Shown: piece by piece, positions 58,036 to 64,000 of the stretch | Layout: each line of letters starts with the position of its first letter | Position numbering within the stretch: position 1 is the first letter of the stretch | Origin: an uncultured delta proteobacterium | Lineage (GTDB): Bacteria; Myxococcota_A; UBA9160; SZUA-336 | Assembly: GCA_963704165.1 (NCBI GenBank) | Contig: CAVPHD010000012.1 | Location: 128,001 to 192,000 of the forward strand | Length of the DNA: 64,000 nucleotides | Direction: 5' to 3' | Position numbers and translations under genes: made by a program | Notes under the pieces: generated by a model | Seen by the model: the letters and a program-made list of their open reading frames with translations, nothing else | The model's database searches: none | What the model was told of the DNA's origin: nothing

Positions 58036-60201
58036 CTAGTGCAGCTGCACCGCGGCGCTCGATAGCACCGCTGCGCAGACGCCCTTCACGACGTTTCGCG
58101 TGTGGCTCGCCGGGCACGACGCCGCGCTGCACCCCGCCGTCAGCTGGTCGATCAACGTGTCGAGGTGCGAGCGCACCTCGGACGCGGCCGGCTGGTTCGC
58201 GAGCGACGTCCCGAGCATTTGCGTCGAGATGGGAGCGATCACGGAATCCCGTTGCGCCGTCGTCGAGAACGCGGTCGTGGCGGGCAGGGTCCAGTCGAAG
58301 CCCGCGCCGAAGAACGCGGTCCGCAGGGTCGTGTTCTCGATCATCTGATCGCAGTAGTCGAGCGCGAGCCGCGAGATGCCGACCTGGTGCGCAGAGACGA
58401 AGGCCTCGACGTCGCTGTCGCCCGGCAGCGCCTGCTGCAGCTCGATCCAGGTCGCGCGCACGATCGCATTGGTCGCGGGAACACCCGTGATCTCGGACAT
58501 CGAGTCGTTGATCTGCGAGAAGTCGCGGATGCCGATGCCGGCCGACGGCAGGACCACGCCCGGCGTGGGCGGCGGAGATCCCGGCAGATCGACCATCGGG
58601 CTCGAGAAGTCGCCGATCGCGTCGAAGAAGACGTGGAAGACGTCGAGATCGACGCCGAGATCCTTCGGCACGACCTGACACTGCTCGGAAAGCCGCGTGC
58701 TCGTCTGCGTGATCGCGGTGTCGAGCAGGCGGAAGCTCTGGCTCGCGACCGGCGCCACGCCGTTCACCGAGATGCGGATCGTCTGCACGCTGAAGCCCGT
58801 CCGCCCGCCGGAGTTCAACACCGGTGCGCAGAACAGGTAGCTGTAGGCGTCGAACTCGCTGACCGTGAACTCGACCCAGGCGTCCGGCGCGAGCGCATCG
58901 TCGAGCCCGAAGCGCAGCGTGTAGCGCTGGTTCGCACCGGCGAGGAAGTTCTGCGTGATCTGCTCCTGCGTGAGGATGTCCTCGTAGATGGCGACGAGCT
59001 TCACGATTCCGTGCCACGCGCGGTTGTTGCTCGTCTCGTTTCCGACCGCGAACGTGTACCCCGGGTCCCAGCTCACGAGCAGGGCGGGTGCGACCTCGTC
59101 CACGTCGTCGGTGAAGACGCCATCGACGAAGATGCGCCGACCGCGCGTCTGGTCGTAGGTGAGCACCACGTGCTGCAGCATCGCCTGCAGGTCCTCGTCG
59201 GCGTCGGCCGTGACGAGCGCGGGTTCGCCGTTCGTGCTGACCAAGGGGTTCACGCTGCGATTGCGGTAGACGTAGTTGTACATGACCTGGCCGAGCATGA
59301 AGTTGCGCGCGCCGGTTCCGCTCGAGTACGAGAGGATGCGCGCGGGACCTTCCTGCGTCGTGTTCGCCGGGATCAGCCAGCTCTCGATCGAGTACTGCTG
59401 CATTCCGCTGCCGCTCGCGAGCTCGTTGTAGAGCTTGCGGCTGTCGGTCGCGTTCGAGCTCGCCTTGCCGCCGGTGAACTCGAGACCGCCGCCGGAAACC
59501 CAGCCGACGTCGCCCGAGAGCGCCAGGTTCATCGTCGGGCCGACGCGGCTCGTGTCGAGCGCGACCGATCCCGAGCCTTCCGCGAACTTCCAGAGCGCGA
59601 TCGGGTTGCCCTCGTAGCGCCCGCTCTCGGCGCGGACCGCGGAGAGGAACGTCCGCCCGTCGCTCGCGATGATCGTCGGCGGGATCTCCGTTCCCGGATC
59701 GTTCGGATCGGGATTCGCGACGACGACCGCGTCGGCCCAGAGCTGGATCGCGGCCTGCATCGCGTCGGCGTCGGAGTCGCAGTTGTTCCAGCAGAAGTGG
59801 CGATCCGTGCGCAGGCGCTCGACCAGACGCGAGCGCGAGGGATCGAGCAGGTTCACCTTCTGGTTGTCGATCACCGCGCGAAACGCCGTCTCGCCGTCGG
59901 GATGCGAGATGTGCGGGAAGCCCGGACCCGAACCGACGTGACACTGCACGCAGTACTGCCGCGTCAGCGGATGGACGTTGGCTTCGAAGGCCGCCTGCCC
60001 GATCGCGCCGCCGCCCGCGGGCACGCCGACACCCACACCGCCGCCACCGGCGCCGGTATTCGACGGCACGTTCGTCGGCGCGGAGCCGATGTCGCGGCCG
60101 CCTTCGCCCTCGCCGCCGCCACCCCCGCCGCCACCACAGCCCGAGGCCGCGACGAGGACCGAGAGCGACAGCGCAATCGTGTAAGTCCGGCTCGTGCTCA
60201 T
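58036..60201 (-). CDS. Lipoprotein with monoheme c-type cytochrome and LamG/ConA-like domain
   Basis: AASGC lipobox, Gly-rich linker, YCVQCH, ALWKFAEGSG, SIESWLIP, QHVVLTYD...IFVDG and WHGIVKLVAIY. Confidence 0.78.
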   Translation of the reverse strand: MSTSRTYTIALSLSVLVAASGCGGGGGGGGEGEGGRDIGSAPTNVPSNTGAGGGGVGVGVPAGGGAIGQAAFEANVHPLTRQYCVQCHVGSGPGFPHISHPDGETAFRAVIDNQKVNLLDPSRSRLVERLRTDRHFCWNNCDSDADAMQAAIQLWADAVVVANPDPNDPGTEIPPTIIASDGRTFLSAVRAESGRYEGNPIALWKFAEGSGSVALDTSRVGPTMNLALSGDVGWVSGGGLEFTGGKASSNATDSRKLYNELASGSGMQQYSIESWLIPANTTQEGPARILSYSSGTGARNFMLGQVMYNYVYRNRSVNPLVSTNGEPALVTADADEDLQAMLQHVVLTYDQTRGRRIFVDGVFTDDVDEVAPALLVSWDPGYTFAVGNETSNNRAWHGIVKLVAIYEDILTQEQITQNFLAGANQRYTLRFGLDDALAPDAWVEFTVSEFDAYSYLFCAPVLNSGGRTGFSVQTIRISVNGVAPVASQSFRLLDTAITQTSTRLSEQCQVVPKDLGVDLDVFHVFFDAIGDFSSPMVDLPGSPPPTPGVVLPSAGIGIRDFSQINDSMSEITGVPATNAIVRATWIELQQALPGDSDVEAFVSAHQVGISRLALDYCDQMIENTTLRTAFFGAGFDWTLPATTAFSTTAQRDSVIAPISTQMLGTSLANQPAASEVRSHLDTLIDQLTAGCSAASCPASHTRNVVKGVCAAVLSSAAVQLH

Positions 60202-60204
60202 CGC

Positions 60205-61389
60205 CTAGTTCCCCATGCAGTGCGCGGCGGTTTCCGCGAAGACGCGCTTCATGCTGTGGTTCTCGGTCTCGAAGACGTCCGCGATCGTCTGCACCGCGAG
60301 CCGGTCCTCGGCGGATTCCGGCACACGCAGGCAGACGCGCCGGAAGACCTTCTCGACCTGGCACTCCGAGAACGCGCGGGTCGAGGCCACTTCCACGCCG
60401 AGGCTCTTGGGTCCGTTGCCCGAAGCGGACGGACCCTCCCAACCCAGCGACGAGTTCGGCCCGACACGCCAGGGGTTCAGCCAGCGGTCGTCGACGGTGA
60501 CGTAGCCGCCGGGGAACGTGTTCGCGTTGATCAGATGCTTGGGCGCAACGCTTCCGCGCGTGAAGACGACGCGCCCGAGCGCCTCGTCCCACTCGAAGAA
60601 GGCGAACGCGCCGGCGAGCGGGTCCATGCCCGCGTGACAGCCGACGCAGGTGTTGTGGAAGATCCGGCTGTCGCCGCCCGGACTGCGGCTGATGTCCTGT
60701 CGGATTCGATCCGCCGGGCGCGTGATGTCGTTCAGCTGTTCGAGGTCGCGGCACAGGAAGTTCATCGCGGTGAAGCGCAACATCCGGCGGTTCGTGCCCG
60801 CGGAGAAGAACGCTTCTCCGGCGGCGCGCGTCGTCAGCACACCCGCCGTGTCTCCCGTCGCGATCGAAGCGCCGGGCAACGTGGACTGCGGCCGCTGCAC
60901 GAGCACCGCCGGATTCGAGAGATCCGCGCGCGCCTGCTCGAGCTGTTGGTAGTGCAGATTGTCGGTCTGGGAGTAAGCCGCTCCGACCACCCCCGGCGCG
61001 CCGACATAGACCATGTCGGCCCAGAGAACCTGGTCGAACGGCACGTCGTCCCGGATCATGCCGATCACCGTCGCCGAGTAATCGTTCAAATCGGCGAAGA
61101 CGGTCTGTGAGACGTTGGTCCAGGGCGTGACGAAGTTCTTCAGCGCCGAGACGTAGAAGATCGGGTTGTCCATCGCGGTGTAGGCCGCGGTGAGCGGATC
61201 GCCGCCGTCGATCGACACCTGCATCGACGTCAGCACGGCCTCGGACGGCGGCACGCCGACGAGGCGATCGTGCATGCGTTTCGCCTGCTCGCGCGAGCCC
61301 GCGTTCGCGTCCCCGGGCCAGGCTCCCAGCAGCACGAGCCACAGAGCCGCCAGGAGTGGCGTTCCGATCGGAGTCCGAAGCCAGCTCAT
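60205..61389 (-). CDS. Secreted c-type cytochrome-like protein (DUF1585/DUF1588-like)
   Basis: Signal peptide; AGVLTT and CVGCHAGMDPLA motifs; C-terminal MKRVFAE. Confidence 0.7.
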   Translation of the reverse strand: MSWLRTPIGTPLLAALWLVLLGAWPGDANAGSREQAKRMHDRLVGVPPSEAVLTSMQVSIDGGDPLTAAYTAMDNPIFYVSALKNFVTPWTNVSQTVFADLNDYSATVIGMIRDDVPFDQVLWADMVYVGAPGVVGAAYSQTDNLHYQQLEQARADLSNPAVLVQRPQSTLPGASIATGDTAGVLTTRAAGEAFFSAGTNRRMLRFTAMNFLCRDLEQLNDITRPADRIRQDISRSPGGDSRIFHNTCVGCHAGMDPLAGAFAFFEWDEALGRVVFTRGSVAPKHLINANTFPGGYVTVDDRWLNPWRVGPNSSLGWEGPSASGNGPKSLGVEVASTRAFSECQVEKVFRRVCLRVPESAEDRLAVQTIADVFETENHSMKRVFAETAAHCMGN

Positions 61390-61621
61390 CCGCGCTCCTC
61401 GACGCCCCTCGCCGATATCACCTCTTCGGTGAGATCCCCTGTCGCACAGCGTGAGCCGGCGCACGGTCGCGAACTCGTCTGCGCGTTCGCAGGTGAAGGC
61501 CGGCCGATGTGCACGAGTTGCGCATTCGCGATGTCCCAGTCGGTGTGCGTTGAGTCACATCGCGCCGCGCGCGCCGGTCGATGAGGTGCGGGGACTCGAG
61601 GGGACGAAGGAAGTGCGGAGC

Positions 61622-62131
61622 ATGGTGACGTTCGGATTCGTCGTCGCTGCGATCGGAGCTGCTTGCGTGTCGCTCGCTTCGGGACCGGCGCGCGCCGCGG
61701 ACGAGGGCGAGCTCGCGCCCGTGTTCTCGGCGAAGTCCCTCGACGGCGAAAGCACGATCTCGCTCGGCGCCTACCGGGGCAAGGTCGTGTATCTCGACTT
61801 CTGGGCGTCGTGGTGCGCTCCGTGTCGGACGGCGCTGCCCGCGATCGAGAAGCTGCGCACGGAGTTCCCGGCGCAGGACTTCCAGGTCATCGCGGTGAAC
61901 GTCGACACCGACGTCGAGAAAGCGCTGCGGCTGATGGCGGAGCACAAGATCGGCTACCCGAGCGCGGCGGATCCCGACGGCGTGCTGCCCGAGACCTTCG
62001 GCCTCAAGACCATGCCGACCTCCTACCTGATCGACCGCGCGGGCGTGGTGCGGCTGGTGCACCCGGGCTTCCGATCGAGCGACGTCGAGAAACTGCGCGC
62101 CCAGATCAAGACGCTCGTGGAGGCGAAGTGA
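61622..62131 (+). CDS. TlpA/ResA-like thiol-disulfide oxidoreductase
   Basis: YRGKVVYLDFWASWCAPC and MPTSYLIDR motifs; start may be GTG 61613. Confidence 0.92.
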   Translation: MVTFGFVVAAIGAACVSLASGPARAADEGELAPVFSAKSLDGESTISLGAYRGKVVYLDFWASWCAPCRTALPAIEKLRTEFPAQDFQVIAVNVDTDVEKALRLMAEHKIGYPSAADPDGVLPETFGLKTMPTSYLIDRAGVVRLVHPGFRSSDVEKLRAQIKTLVEAK

Positions 62132-62436
62132 TGAAACGGATCGCGGTCTGTCTGGCGGCGCTCGCGATGTCGGGCTGCGGGACCTTCCTGTGGCCGAGCG
62201 ACGATCTGCCGGACTTCGAGGCGTACAGCGAGCATCCGCGGAGCTATCTCGAGATCTGTCTCGAACACGACTTCCTGGTGCGCGTGAAGCCGTGGGAGCG
62301 CGCCGTGCTCTCGCGCGACGACATGGCCTGGGTGCCGGATCCGCTCGAGGGATCGCGAAGGCGGCACACGTTCTTCAGCAAAGAGGCGTCGTTGCCCGGC
62401 GGTGGCGCGGCCGGTGGAGGCTGCGGGTGCAACTGA
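62131..62436 (+). CDS. DUF4266 lipoprotein
   Basis: MSGC lipobox, VKPWERAVL, FSKEAS and terminal GGGCGCN. Confidence 0.85.
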   Translation: MKRIAVCLAALAMSGCGTFLWPSDDLPDFEAYSEHPRSYLEICLEHDFLVRVKPWERAVLSRDDMAWVPDPLEGSRRRHTFFSKEASLPGGGAAGGGCGCN

Positions 62437-63665
62437 AACGGGCGACGAAGACGGGAAGGGAGTCCGCGACCTTGCGCGCGCTCCAGGCGAGCGCGCTCGC
62501 GCTCTCGGGCATGGCGCGCGTCGCCGCGGGTGACGCGCCGATCGACCAGGTCTACAGCTCGTACAGCTTCTCGAGCTACGACGAGGACGAGCTCGAGGCG
62601 TCGAAGGGCTTGCCGCTCGCGGATGGCGAGCGCTACTCCGTCTCGACCCATCAGGCGATGCTCGCCGCGCCACTCACCGAACGCATCGACTTCTCGCTCG
62701 AAGTCACGCACGAGACGATGAGCGGCGCGAGCCCCTGGTACACGGTTCCCGACGCGGGTGGAGCGCCGATCCAGGTCATGAGCGGCGCGACGATCGAGGA
62801 TTCGCGCGACGACTTCCTCCTGCAGGCGAACTACTTCTACGAGAACGCGCGGATCGGGCTCTCGAGCGGCTACTCGGGCGAGAACGACTACACCGCGATC
62901 AACTTCGGTTTCAACGGCGAGACGCACTTCAACGAGAAGAACACCACGCTCTCCGGCGGATTCGGCGTGTCTCTCGACGAGATCGATCCGACCGACGCCG
63001 ACCTGTACGCGACGCGGCCGAGTCACGAGTCGAAGCAGACCTATTCGCTGAACGTCGGGCTCTCGCAGATCCTGAACCGCCGCTCGATCGTCCAGTCGAA
63101 TGTCTCCTACGCGTTCGGCACCGGCTACCTCTCGGATCCGTACAAGCAGGTCTTCGCCGTCGGCGGCGTGTTCTTCTCGGACGAGCGCCCCGACGCGCGC
63201 CACGGGCTCTCGTGGCTGACGCGGTATCGCCGGCACATCGAGGAATTCGAGGCGACGGTGCACCTTGGGTACCAGTACTACTTCGACACCTGGGGAGTCA
63301 GCTCGCACACGATCGAGGCCAGCTGGTACCAGTCGTTCGGCGACAACCTGCAGATCACGCCGACCGTCCGCTACTACACGCAAGAAGAAGCGGACATGTA
63401 CGTGAACTACCTTCCGCTCGGCGCGACGGGCGGCGGCGAGTACTCGAGCGACTACCGGCTCTCGAGCTACGGCGCGCTCGGTCTCGGCCTCTCGGGCGAG
63501 TACACGCTGCGCACGCGCTGGGTCGCCGACATCGAGTGGAAGCTCAAGCTCTCGTACGAGCGCTATCTCTCGAGCGCCGACCTCGCCTTCAACGGCCCGT
63601 CGGTGGAAGCTCCCGGGCTCGTGAGCTTCGACGTTTTCTCGATCGGGATCCGCGCGGCGTTCTGA
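62427..63665 (+). CDS. DUF3570 outer-membrane beta-barrel-like protein
   Basis: GTGCAACTGA overlap with DUF4266; SGAS/SGAT motifs, GYLSDPYK, RPDAR, YYFDTWGV and SSDYRLS; terminal Phe. Confidence 0.82.
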   Translation: MQLKRATKTGRESATLRALQASALALSGMARVAAGDAPIDQVYSSYSFSSYDEDELEASKGLPLADGERYSVSTHQAMLAAPLTERIDFSLEVTHETMSGASPWYTVPDAGGAPIQVMSGATIEDSRDDFLLQANYFYENARIGLSSGYSGENDYTAINFGFNGETHFNEKNTTLSGGFGVSLDEIDPTDADLYATRPSHESKQTYSLNVGLSQILNRRSIVQSNVSYAFGTGYLSDPYKQVFAVGGVFFSDERPDARHGLSWLTRYRRHIEEFEATVHLGYQYYFDTWGVSSHTIEASWYQSFGDNLQITPTVRYYTQEEADMYVNYLPLGATGGGEYSSDYRLSSYGALGLGLSGEYTLRTRWVADIEWKLKLSYERYLSSADLAFNGPSVEAPGLVSFDVFSIGIRAAF

Positions 63666-63670
63666 CCGAC

Positions 63671-64000
63671 ATGCTGCGCGCGCGTCACCCGTTCCGTGCG
63701 ATGGGCTCGCCGTGCGAGCTGCACCAGTACGGCGCTTCCCAGCGCACGTGCGATGCGCTCGCCGAGCGCGCGATCGGCGAGGTGCGCCGCCTCGAAGCGA
63801 AGTACTCGCGCTACCGCGACGACAGTGTGACCTCCGCGATCAATCGCGCCGCCGGTAATCCCGCCGGAGTCGACGTCGACGACGAGACCGCGGCGCTTCT
63901 CGACTACGCCGCAACCGCGTTCCGCTCGAGCGACGGGCTCTTCGATCCCACGTCGGGCGTGCTCCGCCGCGTCTGGAACTTCAAATCCGCCCGCGTGCCC
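63671..64000 (+). CDS. apbE: FAD:protein FMN transferase ApbE (5' part, truncated by window)
   Basis: FRAMGSPCE, RLEAKYSRYRDDS...INRAAG and SDGLFDPTSG..VWNF motifs. Confidence 0.9.
   Translation, partial: MLRARHPFRAMGSPCELHQYGASQRTCDALAERAIGEVRRLEAKYSRYRDDSVTSAINRAAGNPAGVDVDDETAALLDYAATAFRSSDGLFDPTSGVLRRVWNFKSARVP

Noticed and set aside
58022..61342. 1106-aa (-) and 1002-aa (+) ORFs
   Set aside because: Alternative-frame and antisense shadows of the LamG and cytochrome genes.
1..64000. CRISPR arrays, tRNA/rRNA, transposases, prophage
   Set aside because: No spaced direct repeats, RNA gene signatures or mobile-element motifs recognised by eye; small RNAs could have been missed.

Overview
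High-GC bacterial chromosomal window with about 65 genes and no rRNA, tRNA, CRISPR array or mobile element that I could recognise. The gene mix suggests Myxococcota or a related deltaproteobacterium (inference only). Housekeeping genes (glmU-glmS-uvrD/pcrA, hflX, fabH, proS, rnd, hpt, RluA, flap endonuclease, UDG) are interspersed with lipid and redox enzymes. About ten single-base frameshifts, mostly at 8-18 kb, look like long-read assembly errors. The most notable items are: (1) a 69-aa bacterial histone-fold gene with a Lys-rich N-terminal tail (27282-27491); (2) a five-gene operon encoding a divergent ExbD/TonB/ExbB-like motor plus two unknown envelope proteins (49505-54332); (3) a stand-alone GrdB/PrdB-like selenoprotein with an in-frame TGA, a SECIS-like hairpin and a U-x-x-D motif (45283-46068); (4) an aminotransferase-LuxE-LuxC operon divergent from an exosortase pair (31464-36122); (5) a cytochrome c/LamG/Tat module facing a TlpA-DUF4266-DUF3570-ApbE flavinylation module, next to an orphan secretin with a SPOR-like tail; (6) hflX with an apparent non-canonical ATC start; and (7) many leaderless-type -10 boxes. 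All family assignments come from motif recognition by eye; no database searches were run.
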